From Mobula hypostoma (lineage: Eukaryota), in NCBI RefSeq assembly GCF_963921235.1, contig NC_086097.1, positions 139,130,001 through 139,190,000 on the forward strand: 60,000 bases of DNA. Direction: 5' to 3'. Within the stretch, counting starts at the first letter, position 1; the number at the start of each line of letters is the position of its first letter. Below, one piece after another: positions 13,626 through 27,300 of the stretch. The notes under the pieces are model-generated. The model saw only the letters and a list, made by a program, of their open reading frames with translations, ran no database searches and was not told where the DNA came from. The position numbers were made by a program, and so were the translations under genes.

Positions 13626-16416
13626 ACTGATTGCGTGCATTTCCAGCATCCGCAGAATTTCTTGTGCTCATGAAAGGGATAGATTGAACCACAAGGACTT
13701 ACTAACTTCAAAAGATATGAGATGACACTGGTACAAGCAAAAAACAAAAATTAGGATTAAAAAGATTGTCAACAATTGTCTCTTTAACATCATTAAAATT
13801 CAGTTGATCCTGAATGTAACATTTGTTTGGTAAGTACAGTAACTATCCAATTTCATGCCATTACATAGCTTTCAATGCAAGGCTTTCTGTCTCCAGTTGT
13901 AGCCTATGGCGACTTAAAGATTTTCATGTATAACTGCATAATATGCCCAGTGTGCACTGATTCATCCTACAATAAAAGTGAATACCTTTAAATGCTGATA
14001 TTCTTTACACAAAATCGCTGATCATCTTTGAGCCCCTCCATTTAATTCCCTCTCTCCTTATTACTTTGTTAAAAGATGACATTATCTTACTGTCAAGGGC
14101 AGTCCAACATGACTCCAGACACATGGCTCATTCCATACTGAACCATTATCCTTGTATATATACTCAATTAACAGTGATCATCTGTCAACAGAAGTCACTC
14201 AAAGGATTCAGTGAACATAGCATCATATCCCATATTAAAGTAATAGCACGTAACGTTACCAGCAGTGTTCTGCATCTGCTAAGGCACTTGGGGATTGTCA
14301 GAACAGATACTTGATGCGACATAATTATACAAACAAGTCAAAAAAGCAAGGGACATCACAGAAATATGTTCCATGGCACACTTTCACAGATACAAAAGCT
14401 GCTTACATCTTTTCAGTCAACCTGATGCATGTGTTCTTAATTCAAACAGTTCAAGGATCTAGCTATTCAATGAACAATGTTTTCACCATTAAATGTTGAT
14501 TCTGAAACAAGACCAAGCAAAAAAGACAGTGACCCATAAAAGAAAACTTAGAAATCAGTTGTCACTTGCCATGATCAAGACTGCAATATCATCAACATTG
14601 TCAGCAGTAGAACATACTGCCTGTCAGTGGTAGCAAAGACAGGATTGATGGTGACAGTATACCATCAGTTTTGGTGCACAGTCAGTGACATGGATGGCAG
14701 GACAAACACCCTCAATGATGGTGATAGCTAGGCAACAGCAGAATAGTTGCACAGTGATGGTGATAGCAGAACTACTGCCCTTGGTGTGTGAGCCAAGTTC
14801 CAACTCTAAACTTTTGAAACCTGCAGAGATCCCTGTGGGTAGGGCATGCTTATGCATCTGGACACTACATTCAGTCTGACTCTTCTGCAAACATGAGCTC
14901 ACAACTCTGAGGGACCAGTCTGTCTTTTACCAAGACTTTTCCAGTCACTTTCAGTCAAGAGTGCTCACACACGACAACAGGACAGCAAAGTACAAAAGAA
15001 TGGATTGGTTGTGGAGCAGCAAGCTGTACAGCCCCAGGATGATTAGCTGTAACTCCAGAAGCCCTGTCTACTTAAGAGGGGTGGGAATGCATTGTGAGCA
15101 TGAACTCATCTCAAAGCAGCTAGCAGAATTAGTTATTGAGCCCTGGCCTGAAAACACCCTCAAGTAATTTGTCTCTTAGAAAGACCTTTTGTGTAATTTG
15201 ACACTCCATTGCCTTTCCTCCCCAACCAACTGGTTGCAGCTTTGCAGTTCATTCTGGCAGAGAGAAGTTCACAAAATAGGCATCCTATCCTTTTTCACTG
15301 GAGAGCTCGGTGGACAACAGTGTGTAGAGTAATCATGTTCAGTAGATTTATCATCTGTTTCACAAACTCCAAGCCACCTGATCAGGTCTGTGTTTCATGG
15401 TGTCTGTGGTTCATGAGATTCAGTAACCCTGAATTAATATTTAGCGTAGGAGGGGGTGCCTCTCAAGCTCAGGGTACACTTCAAACCAACAATGCTGGTC
15501 ATGGGTTTTGGTCACCAAGTGTAGGTAGGGGGAGGGAGGTACTAGTGCATTGTGGCAGAGGTATCCTCACTGTTCCGCTCGTGTACCTGACCAAGGTGGC
15601 CTGACAGCAGGTGACAGGCAGGCCTATTCATATCCAGTCCTACCCAAGGCCACATTTCATAGATTACCATCCTGTCCAGGTGACAAAGCAGTGCTTCTTG
15701 TCTGCTGGCACTTCAGAACTTCTGAAATGGGTGGGGTTTGCTGGGTTTGGAGCAAACTCTGCACAGAGGACACTGTTTAATGCCTGGTTTTCATGTTAAT
15801 AAAGAATAAAACATGTTGGGGAAAGTACCACCGAAAGCATCAGGACATGACCAAATATGACAACAAGTGGTTCATAATGTAGATCTATAAACAGAAATAT
15901 TGGAAGGGAAAATTTCCGGAACATATTGGTTACGGCACATGAAAGTAGATATTATAGTGGAGCAATTAAAAATGTGGAAGAACAAGAGAGCAGAATTGAA
16001 CAGGAACAGAAATCTGAAAGGGTGAAGAAAGTGAAATAGCTTATATTATGATAAGTGGAAGTGATGCCACAAAGAGATATGTGAAGTATTGAAAAGTGTG
16101 TGTAATGTAGGCTAATTGTTTTGTCTATTATTTATGTCATTTTAGCTTTTCATATTTTCACCTTCTAATGCAACAAATGCTACAAATGAATTCAGCTTTG
16201 GAAACTACCTCATAACAATTTTAGACAAACAGAACTCAGGGATGCAGAATAATTAATACATTGATCAAATTAAATTTATCCAGCACCTATTGCAGTCTAT
16301 TAGCATGTCAATCATGCCCTTCCAAATGCACTGACCTAATGATTTCCCTAGTTACACTTAGTGTATTACTCAGGTCTAATGTCTTTTGCCCATTTTCAAA
16401 CATTCTCATGAATATA

Positions 16417-17728
16417 CACTGGCATGCAAAATTTTGGGCACCACTGGTCAAAATTTCTGTTACTCTGAATAGTTAAGTGAGTAAAAGATGAACTGATCTC
16501 CAAAAGTCAAAAAGTTAAAGATGAAACATTCTTTTCAACATTGTAAGCAAGATTAGTGTATTATTTTTGTTTTCTACAATTTTAGAGTGAAAAAAAGGAA
16601 AGGAGAACCATGCAAAAGTTTGGGCACCCCAAGAGATGTGAGCTCTCAGATAACTTTTACCAAGGTCTCAGATCTTAATTAGCTTTTAAGGACCATGGCT
16701 TGTTCACAGTCATCGTTAGGAAAGGTCAGGTGATGCAAATTTCAAAGCTTTATAAATACCCTGACTCCTCAAACCTTGCCCCAACAATCAGCAGCCATGG
16801 GCTCCTCTAAGCAGCTGCCTAGCACTCTGAAAGTTGAAGTAAATGATGCCCACAAAGCAGAAGGCTATAAGAAGATAGCAAAGCGTTTTCAGGTAGCCAT
16901 TTCCTCAGTTCGTAACGTAATTAAGAAATGGCAGTTAACAGAAACGGTGGAGGTCAAGTTGAGGTCTGGAAGACCAAGAAAACTTTCGGAGAGAACTGCT
17001 CATAGGATTGCTAGAAAGACAAATCAAAACCCCTGTTTGACTGGGTGGATCGATCACGCTTTGGGCTTGTGTTGCAGCCAGTGGCATGGGGAACATTTCA
17101 CTGGTAGAGGGACGAATGAATTCAATTAAATACCCGCAAATTCAGGAAGCAAACATCACACTGTCTGTAAAAAAGCTGAAGATGAAAAGAGGATGGCTTC
17201 TGCAACAGGATAATGATCCTAAACACACCTCAGAATCCACAATGGACTACCTCAAGAGGCGCAAGCTGAAGGTTTTGCCATTGCCCTCACAGTGTCCCGA
17301 CGTAAACATCATCGAAAATCTGTGGATAGACCTCAACAGAGCAGTGCATGCAAGACGGCCCAAGAATCTCACAGAACTAGAAGCCTTTTGCAAGGAAGAT
17401 TGGGCAAAAATCCCCCAAAGAAGAATTGAAAGACTCTTAGCTGGCTACAGAAAGCATTTACAAGCTGTGATACTTGCCAAAGGGGGTGTTACTAAGTACT
17501 GACCATGCAGGGTGCCCAAACATTTGCTTCAGGCCCTTTTCCTTTTTTGTTATTTTGAAACTTATGTAAAAGATGGAAATTAAAAACAAGTAATCTTGCT
17601 TAAAATACTAAAGAAATGTGTCATCTTTAACTTTATGCCTTTTGGAAATCAGGTCATCTTTTACTCGCTTAGCTATTCAGAGTAACAGAAATTTTGACTA
17701 GGGGTGCCCAAACTTTTGCATGCCACTG
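16417..17728 (+). mobile_element. Tc1 (DD34E) transposon with long IR/DR-type TIRs and internally deleted transposase
   Basis: TA flanks; ~210-bp TIRs beginning CA(C/G)TGGCATGCAAAA(T/G)TTTGGGCACC, with inner repeats at ~16610 and ~17510. ORFs contain GYKKIAKRF, GRPRKLS and QQDNDPKH...ENLW with 34 residues between D and E. The first catalytic D region is deleted near 17043. Confidence 0.92.
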
Positions 17729-17732
17729 TATA

Positions 17733-19121
17733 CAGGTGTCCCCCGCTTTTCCAACGTTCGCTTTACGAAACCTCACCGTTACAAAAGACCTACATTAGTA
17801 CCCTGTTTTCGCTTTCGGAAGGTGTTTTCACTGTTACGAAAAAAATTTAGCGCGCGATAAAAAAATCAGCGCGGGGAAAAAAGCAGCACACGCCCCGAGC
17901 AGCCGCTCTCCCCGGATTCGGAACGGCATTCTTACCAGCATTGCTTTAACACGAGCCTGTGAGCAGTCGTTTGCAAGATGAGTTCTATGGTGTTGGAAAA
18001 GCCTGAAAGAGCTCGTAAGGGTTAACACCCTTAGTGTAAACTAGACATAATTAAGCGTTCGATCGTGGTGAACGAAGCAAGGACGAAGTGAGTTTGGCTT
18101 GTGGAAGCTGACGAAGATGATGTTGAAGAGGTTTTGGCATCCCATGACCAAGAACTGATAGATGAAGAGCTGATGCAATTGGAAGAGGAAAGGATAACAA
18201 GCGAAACTGAATGAGTAACGATAAAGTACGACTTTAATTCTGAAAGGGTATGTAGGTTTAGGAGATATTTTCAAGATTCTTTGAGTGCTTACAAAGAACT
18301 GTATGATAGAAAAATGCGCAAGGCTCAGCAGTCAAGCAAGCCTTCCACATCAGCCACAGCAGACGACGAACCTCGACCTTTGACATTGAGGCGGGCAGTC
18401 ATAGGAGAAGATGAGCTGCCTGCTCTAATGGAAATAGACGACGAGATGACACCCCAGTGTCCCACCACCCCAACACCCAGGCCGCAGACAGACACTGTAC
18501 CAATTCGCGGAGAATGCAGCAGTAGCCAGGAGGCACACAGCACATCTTTAAGAAAAAAGCCAAAATAAACATGCTAATTAATTAGGTGCCGCCCCACACG
18601 TAATTGTCGGCCCAGATCAGAGGCGATGCAATCGGCACTAATTCCGGCTGTTTTCTCAATTCCGGTAAGTGATACTACACTGTACATACATTATTTCTAC
18701 TTTATATCGGCTGCATATTTTTACGTGTTATTTAGTATGATTTGGCAGCTTCATAGTTTGAAGATTACTGGAGAGCGCTTGCTCCGTGTTTTTGCCAACA
18801 GTGCCTGCGTGAGATTTTCTGCCGACGACGCTTGCGTGAGATTTTCGCTACGGAGATCTGTGCCGGCAGTGATTGTGGAAAAGTATTTCTACTTTATATA
18901 GGCTGTGTGTTTATCATATCATTCCTGCTTTTACTATATGTTACTGTTATTTTAGGTTTTATGTATTATTTGGCATGATTTGGTAGGTTATTTTTGGGTC
19001 TGCGAACGCTCACAAAATTTTCCCATATAAATAAATGGTAATTGCTTCTTCACTTTACGACATTTCAGCTTATGAACCGTTTCATAGGAATGCTCTACTT
19101 TCGGATGGCAGGGGAAACCTG
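17733..19121 (+). mobile_element. Non-autonomous pogo/Tigger-like DNA transposon (copy 1)
   Basis: TA at 17731-17732 and 19122-19123; imperfect TIRs CAGGT(G/T)TCCCC(C/T)GC. Transposase remnants: HTH-type N-terminus and EDDVEEVLASHDQELIDEELMQLEEE C-terminus. Collinear with copy 2. Confidence 0.85.
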
Positions 19122-19624
19122 TATTTTAGAATCAACAATTTTGGGAACTGCTGCACTATTGCCTTTCCATAATGTTTGATTAGAAGTTGAGAGGTTTCAT
19201 GGGAAGCTACCTGACCAATCTGCCAGACAGTAAGGTTCTAAAGAGACTGGGTAGCCACTACCTGTCCACATTTGCTGATGGCATAAGCTCAACAGGCCAC
19301 AAGGAGATGTCCCTGCATTTCTTTGGAGGTCATGGCATACACAGCATCTAAACCTGCCAGATGCCATCGGCAGAAGATGGGGCATGTTGAATCTGGACTC
19401 AAATTTTCATGAGTCAAATACTGCTAAGCTTGGTTGATATAGCCCATACCACAAAATTCAGATGAAAGTGATATTGACACTTTAACAAGATGAAAGAAAA
19501 AATATTCAGTCCCCCAAAGTAGGTGTAGGGTGCTGAAAGATGGAGGAAAAGTGGACAAAATGGCACCATTATGAAGAAATTATTAACAGGGTGGAAGGGT
19601 CGTTTCTGAGGTCGTGCACTCCAT

Positions 19625-20360
19625 CACAAAACACACAAAATGCTGGAGGAACTCAGCAAGCCAGGCAACATCTATGGAAATGAATAAACAGTTGACGTTT
19701 TGGTCCAAGACACTTCATAAAGGAGAAAATGTTAGAAAGAGGAGGGAAAGGAGGACAAGCTAAAAGGTAATGAGAAAAACCAGGAGGGTTGGGGGGGGTT
19801 GGAATGAAGTAAGAAGCTGGGAGGTGATAAGTGTAAAAAGCTGGAGGAGGAACCTGATAGGAGAGAAGAATGGATCATGGCAGAAAGAGAATGCAGAAAG
19901 GATCATGGGAGAAGAGGTAAGAGGCCAGAGTGGGGAAATTAAGTGGAGGAAAAGGGAGGGGGGAAAACTATCGGAAGTTGGAGAATCGAAGTTCATGCAA
20001 ACAGCAAGGAGGCCACCAAGATGAAATATGATGTTGTTCTTCCAAACTGAGTGCGTCTGCATCATAGCAGAAGAGGTGGCCCTGTACCGGCATGTCAGAA
20101 TGGGAATGGTGACAGGAATCGAAAAAGTTGGCCACCGGGAAATTCCACTTTTTACGGATGGAACTGAGGTGCTCAAAGTGGTCCTCCAAGTGGTCTAGGT
20201 AAGGTCTCACCAGTGTAGAGGAGGCCACATAGGGAGCACTAGATACAATAGACGACCCCAACAGGTTCACAGGTGAAGTGTTGTCTCACCTGGAAGGACT
20301 GTTTGGAGCCTGAATGGAGATGAGGGAGGAGGTGAATGGGCAGGTGCGACACTTGTGCCA
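19625..20360 (-). mobile_element. Penelope-like element 3' fragment
   Basis: Collinear with 40660-41440: GIY-YIG remnant (ORF 19968..20270), purine-rich UTR on the + strand, and terminal repeat. Confidence 0.85.
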
Positions 20361-21949
20361 GGAGGGAGATAGGGAAATTGTTGGATGCGGAGGCTCATGG
20401 GGTGGTAGATGAGAGCAAGTGCACTCCATCCACCACTTGCATAAAGACTCTAGGTTCTCAATACCCTTCTGAATACTTCTTTCTCCACTTCGGGCATTTG
20501 TGTGTCAGCAATTCCTTGGAGTCAGTAGGATGCTACATTTCTTCACAAAAACATTCAGCACCATCTTGAATCTTTTTCTCTGTCTGCTCTGTAATCTTTT
20601 TTCCAAGGCAGCTCAAAAAGAAATATTTGTTTCAGAAGTCAAGCATACAAATAATGTGGCCACCCCAAGCACAGCCAGTTGAGTTCAGTTAAGTTCAATT
20701 AGGGCTTTAACCCTAGGGCCGCTGGCCTCAACAGGATGCTGACACTTGTTTGCCTGTCCTTCCAGTGAGTGTTCAAACATTCTTCCCCAATTTGTCCTTG
20801 TACCACTACACTGCATATAACAAAAAATGTAGACCACTTCCCATATTTCAGGAGTCATCTCTCAGCAAAGGCAGATATCTATGATGAGATTCACAATTGT
20901 CTTTAATATACTAGCACAACCTTTGATCATTTTAGGTAAGGGTATCTAAAGGCCAAGACCTCAAGACGTTGTGCAAATAATGCAACCTAAAGGACAGCAT
21001 TGATCCCCACATACTTCAGAGTTAATATTATAAGGTGGAATCCACAGCAGTCAAATTGCACTCAGCAAGCTCCAATAAACAATGCAATCATGATCAGATA
21101 ATCTTTCTAGAAAATGATGAGCAAGGGCTTAGTAATGCTAGGGCACACTGGATGGAGCTTGAACTTGAAATAGCTTACAGATGTGGTGGGGGAATGACCT
21201 TGCATAACAAACTACAGCCACTACACCAGAGCAAAACCCCACAGTGAAATTTATTTGAATTTTCAGAACGTCTTATTCAAAAGATACATATGGGAGGGAA
21301 CAGATCCATGGACATCGGACCAAATAATGAAAAAAAACAGAAAATCAAAATCCTGTAAAGGAGGAAAAAAAGCAACAGCTGGGAATGTAGAAATAAAATT
21401 ATGAATGCCTGGCACACACAATTCAAACAGTTCCATGATCTGATAAATTTTCTGATTTAAAAATAGCAGAAAAATTATGAAACTAAATATCAGAGAAACT
21501 GGAAGAGCATATAACAAAATTAATATTCAAAATTAGCTCGAAGGTAGGAAACAGATAGTGGTGGTTGAAGGCTGTTTCAAAGAATGGAGGCTGGTGATTA
21601 GTGGTGTGCACCCTTCTCACAGATTCCCTTATCGAATGAATTTAGACCAGTTTGCACTATAAAGGGAGAGCATGAGGTCAAGCTCTTTGTTGCTTCGTTT
21701 CACTTTTTGGTACAAGCTGACACTGTCTGACCCATACTTTCATCAGCATCTAATAAAGCACCTGTAACCATAAGTTTTGCAACTCATTCTTGACTTCTGA
21801 AAAACCTTATGGACACATCATCAGGTCTAACAGAAACTTTAATCCACATATACAGTGCTTAGCCAAATTGGCAGCATAGTTAGGAGGACAATCTTATGGA
21901 AAGTGTAAGAGAAAACATTTCTAATACACTCCATGCATACCAACATATG

Positions 21950-22330
21950 TTCTTGTATACCAGTCACCAAAAGCAATTTGCAGACAAAACAAACAGTTAA
22001 AGTGACAAATGGTCACTTCATAGTGACAGGATTCAAGTGTGGCAGCAAAGATGAAAAATTAAATAAACTACAAAGTTAGAAATCAAAGAATAGTATTAAC
22101 TCTGCTTCTCTTTTCACAGATTTCGGCAGACCTGCTGAAGATTTCAGCATTTTCTGTTTTACTACTGGAGGAAAGATGACTTGTACAGTTATTCAGAGCC
22201 TTAGTGAGACCACATTAGGAGTACCACTGGCAGTCCTCACTATAAAAAGATATACTTGCCATTGAGGGAGTGCATTAAAGTTCACCCAGAATGACTCCTG
22301 GGATGGCAGAACGTTCACATAAGAGCGAAG
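21950..22330 (+). mobile_element. Old CR1 RT fragment containing a Penelope-terminus fragment (~22090-22165)
   Basis: gtacaccagtcac..., gccttagtgagaccacat, ttcaccagaatg motifs are shared with the CR1 at 57950-58200. Confidence 0.55.
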
Positions 22331-22732
22331 ATTAAGGAACAGGATAAAGTTCAGTCTCATTTCTGAATTAAGTGAGGTTCTCTGATGATGATTAAATAGT
22401 TTAAGATGTCACAGTTCTCTCATAAGAGAATGAAAAGGGAAAAAAAATCCTGGCACAACATTAATAAAGCTATACAAAAAGCTAAAAGGTAATACTTTTA
22501 CCTTAAAACTAATGCTGTAGTTTTTCCTTGCTGCCCAGAGATGGAAAATTATTGGCTTAAAGTTATAACAATTCATTTTCAATCAGATATCTATCTCATT
22601 GTTATCTATCCTACGAAAGAGTTATTAGAATTGACAGGTCCCTTTACGGAGGTTAAGTTTCTCATCCTTCACAAACTTACAACATACATATTTCCTAGAC
22701 ATTAAAAACAAACATAATTAAGATGAACTTAC

Positions 22733-22887
22733 CAACGTGACAGCCAAGTGCATTACTCTCTCATGTTGATCAACATAATAGACACTATCTTGATACCACC
22801 TATCACAGTGCAGATAATTGTACATGCCAAAAACACGCATATGGTCCAAAGTATACTGGTCCTCTCGCAGTTTCACCTCGGCTACAG
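22733..22887 (-). CDS. NUDCD1: NudC domain-containing protein 1, internal coding exon (equivalent to human exon 2)
   Basis: Minus-strand translation (A)[51 protein letters not shown] matches the NUDCD1 N-terminus as I recall it ([40 protein letters not shown]). Acceptor tttttAG at 22888-22889, donor GTAAGT from 22732. 155 bp, ends in phase 0. Not in the ORF track. Confidence 0.95.
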
Positions 22888-23334
22888 CTAAAAAGATAAA
22901 TCAGAGGTATAATCAGAATAACTAGTGACAACTCAAATTCTTTTCTTAAAAGATTTTGTTTCTGATCAGCTAATAAATGGAATACTGGCCATAGCTAGAT
23001 TACAGAATGCAATGACAATGAAAAAAATGCCTACTGCACAAAAAAAACACTACAGTTCTTGTGATTACTGCGTGTGACATAACATAATGCAACACTGTAT
23101 ATTGAACATGTCTGGAGAATCTTCCATTCTTCCACTTGTTGAAAAGTGTAGCCAGATGGGTTAACTAAACTTTCCTGCACCAGTTCATTTGTTTGATTGT
23201 TCTGATGATAATGGAGCATCTAGCTCTTCACAGGGTTTTTCTTTAATGCTAACTTCTATTCATCACTCCTTCCAAAAGATGCTGAAGCATATTTCAGTAT
23301 GTTTATTGATGTCACCAATTTTCCACTACTCACA

Positions 23335-24358
23335 CATAAGACCATAAGACATAGGAACAGAATTAGGCCATTTGGCCCATCAAGTCTGTGCTACCATTTC
23401 GTCATGGCTGATCCAATTTTCCTCTCAGCCCTAATCTCCTGCCTTCTCCCTGTATCCCTTCATGCTCTGAACAATCAAGAATCTATCAACCTCTGCCTTA
23501 AATATACATAGAATATAGAACATAGAATAGTACAGCACAGTACAGGCCTTTCGGCCCACAATGTTGTGCCGACCCTCAAACCCTGCCTCCCATATAAGCC
23601 CCCACCTTAAATTCCTCCATATACCTGTCTAGTAGTTTCTTAAACTTCACTAGTGTATCTGCCTCCACCACTGACTCAGGCAGTGCATTCCACGCACCAA
23701 CCACTCTCTGAGTAAAAAACCTTCCTCTAATATCCCCCTTGAACTTCCCACCCCTTATCTTAAAGCCATGTCCTCTTGTATTGAGCAGCGGTGCCCTGGG
23801 GAAGAGGCGCTGGCTATCCACTCTATCTATTCCTCTTATTATCTTGTACACCTCTATCATGTCTCCTCTCATCCTCCTTCTCTCCAAAGAGTAAAGCCCT
23901 AGGTCCCTTAATCTCTGATCATAATGCATACTCTCTAAACCAGGCAGCATTCTGGTAAATCTCCTCTGTACCCTTTCCAGTGTTTCCACATCCTTCCTAT
24001 AGTGAGGCGACCAGAACTGGACACTGTACCCCATAAATATACATAAAGACAGCCTCCACAGCTGCTTATGGCAAAGAATTTCACAGATTCACCACTCTCA
24101 GGCTAAAGAAATTCCTTACCTCCATTCTAAAAGGACACCCCTCTATTCTGAGGCGGCGTCTCCTGGTCTTAGACTCTCCCACGATAGGGAACATCCTCTC
24201 CACATCTATTTTATCAAGGCCTTTCACCATTCGATAGATTTTATTGAGGTCACCCTTCATTCTTCTAAATTCTAGTGAATACAGGTCCAGAGCCATCAAA
24301 GACTCTTCATATGACAAACCATTCAATCCCGGAATCGTTTTAGTGAACCTCCTTTGAA
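23335..24358 (-). mobile_element. CR1 3' fragment (host) containing a younger CR1 insertion
   Basis: ORF 24081..24434 VQRRFTKTIPGLNGLSYEE...RNFFSLRVVNL; 3' tail near 23335. Confidence 0.85.
23511..24033 (-). mobile_element. Young 5'-truncated CR1 with 12-bp TSD
   Basis: Intact ORF 23576..24034 (VQFWSPHYRKDVETLERVQRRFTRMLPGL...). TAAATATACATA at 23499-23510 and 24034-24045. Nearly identical to 33540-34050. Confidence 0.9.
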
Positions 24359-24359
24359 C

Positions 24360-27300
24360 ATGCTGGTAAAAATAGGGTAACAGGAATTTCTGCTGCACAT
24401 TAGGTGACCGTGTAGACCAGCGGTCCCCAACCACCGGGCTGCAGACCAGGGCCGGGCCGCAAAGTATGTGCTACCAGGCCGCAAGGAAACGATATGATTC
24501 GGCGATATGAGTCAGTTGCACCTTTCCTCATTCCCTGCCACACCCACTGTTGAGCCATTACGCATGCCAGGTCATTACCCACGCATCATCCGTGTCAGCG
24601 CAGGAAGGAGATCAACTCCTTAAGCTTGCAAATGAAGACGGGCTGAAAAGTATGCTTGACATAACATCTCTGCCGGCATTCTGGATCAAAGTCAAGGCTA
24701 AATATCCTGAGATAGCCACGAAAGCACTGAAAACATTGGTTCCATTTCCAACATTTTTCTGCAAAGTGGAGTTTTCTGGATTGAACGCAACGAAAACTAA
24801 ATTGCGGAATAGACTGGACATAAGGAACCCCCTTCGACTATCGCTGTCTCCCATCACCCCTCGATAGGACCGTCTTGTTGCAGGAAAACAAGCCCAGGGC
24901 TCCCACTGATTCTGCGATATTGGTGTGTTGCAATGATTTTATATGTTCTTACGAGGAAAGTATGTGCTGTGTGTTTAATATCCAAACGTTACTTAAAATG
25001 TTATGATGCTATTGACTTATAAGTGACTTATATAACCATATAACAATTACAGCACAGAAACAGGCCATCTCGGCCCTTCTAGTCCGTGCCAAACGCTGCT
25101 CTCACCTAGTCCCACCGACCTGCACTCAGCCCATAACCCTCCATTCCTCTCCTGTCCATATACCTATCCAATTTTTCTTTAAATGATAATATCGAACTTG
25201 CTTCTGCCACTTCTACTGGAAGTTCGTTCAACACTTACTTCAAGCTCCCCTGTCCTCCCCTGATAATTGACTTATCACTATATTCATGCAAGGAAAATAT
25301 GCGCTGTGTGTTTAATATTAAATTTGTTAGATAAACCCTTTTAGAAACGAAATTGAGTGTATTAACCACTTATCACCTATATTCCAGTCGTGATTAACAC
25401 CTCCCACACCCCCGAACAGAATCGCCAAAAACGATTTGCAGGGAAAAAAAAAATTGGCAGGTACACGCATGCGCACTGGTGCCCGCACAAGGCTTCATGG
25501 TCACTGTAGTCTTTCTCGGGTTAAACACAACATATTTGACTGCTACTCTTGTCCATTGGCAACCCTACCACCCACCCCCACCCCCGGGGTCGGCCGGTCC
25601 GCAAGAATATTGTCAATAGTAAACTGGTCCATGTTGCAAAAATGGTTGGGGACCCCTGATGTACACCAGAGTGTGGAGTCTTTTCTGATTTCCCTTAGGA
25701 TCATCTCTGCGGTAATAAGCAGACTTTCAATTTGCATTAGGGAGAATACACCAAGAGGAATTTTCTCATTTGTAAATTTTCCAGGTAATTCCTTTTCTAA
25801 CGGGAAACAAGACAATCCATCAACATTTTCATGAGTAGTTGTTCTCTTGAATTTGATCTTGTAATGGTGTCCTCTAAGAAACAGAGCCCATCCCTGCTTT
25901 TGTCTTTCTGTGGGTTGAAAATGGCCAGCAGTGGCCGATGATCGGTAATAAGGGTAAACACACTCCCATACAATTATTGGTTGAAACATTTTACACACAA
26001 AACCAGACTCAAAGCCTCTGTCAAGCTATGCATATTTTTTCACTGCAGCAGTAAGGAAATGAGATGCATAGAACTCCCATCACCCAGGATATGCCCTCTT
26101 CCATTACTCATAACACAATTGCACCTATAGCATAAGGTGAGGCAGCACAGGCAAGCTTCCCTGGACGATGTGCATCATAATATGTGAATATGATGTTGCA
26201 CATCACCTTTGCTTTACCTTTTGAAAAGCCTCCTCACACTGCTTCAACAATTGCCATTTCTTCCTGATCTGTAGTAATGAGTTCAAGAGGTGGAGCACAG
26301 TAGCCATGTTTGGCTGGAACCTGTTATTGCAATTGACAAATTCTAAAAAGGACTGCAACTGTGACGCGTCATTTGACCTTGCAACATCTACCACTGCTAG
26401 AATTTTCTCAGCACACTTGTGTAATTCTTGTGCGTCAATAGCGTGACCACAGTACGTGATGCTTGGTTTAAAGAATCACACGTTGTGTCGTGCTCTGAGC
26501 ACATAATCTTTTAATCTTTTTAACACTGTTTTGAGATTTTGGAGATGTCTCTTGTGATCCTTACCAGTAACAACGATGTCATCCAGGTAACATCATCCAA
26601 GTAACATTGAGTGCCTGGGAAACATTGCAACACCCGGTCAATAACTTTCTGCCAGAGTGCAGGTACAGATGCTACTTCAGAAATAAGCCTATTACAGTGA
26701 TGAAGCCCTTTGTGAGTGTTTATGGTGAAAAACACTTAGGAATCTTCTTCCATCTCCATCTGTAGGTAGGCCTCAGCTAAATCCACTCTGCTTAAGTGTT
26801 TTCCTCCAGCAAGGCTTGCAAAGATAAAATCTAACCTGGCAGGGAATACTTTCCATACTGGGGTGATGGTGACCTTAAAGTCACCACAGATCCTGAAAGA
26901 CCCATTCTTCTTAGCTACTGGAACTACTGGCATTGCCCATGGGCAACACTTAACCTTGGAAAGAATTCCTTCAGCCTCTGTGCGATCCAGCTCACTGGCT
27001 ACTTTATCACGGATAGTATAAGGAACTGGATGGGCTTTGTACACCTTGGGTGACACATTTTCATTTAACACTATTCTACCCTTGAGACGTTTGAGTTTTC
27101 CAATGCCATCCTTGAACACTGCTGTGGCATCTTCCAGTACCTTTCTGATTTTCTTTCAGTTGACTCTATTGCAGGGGACATGGCATGCAAATAGTGGATG
27201 GATCTCCAATCAACTTCTAGTTGTTTTAACTACTCACAGCTCGACAATGCTGGCCCTCCTGTTTTATCATACAACATGGCTTGTTGGTCTGTATTTCACT

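Larger units (their letters stand above)
5965..22732 (-). other. NUDCD1: NUDCD1 intron (16,768 bp, GT-AG), TE-rich
   Basis: Lies between the two exons, whose translations join directly (...LAVTL|DTAISK...). Confidence 0.9.
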
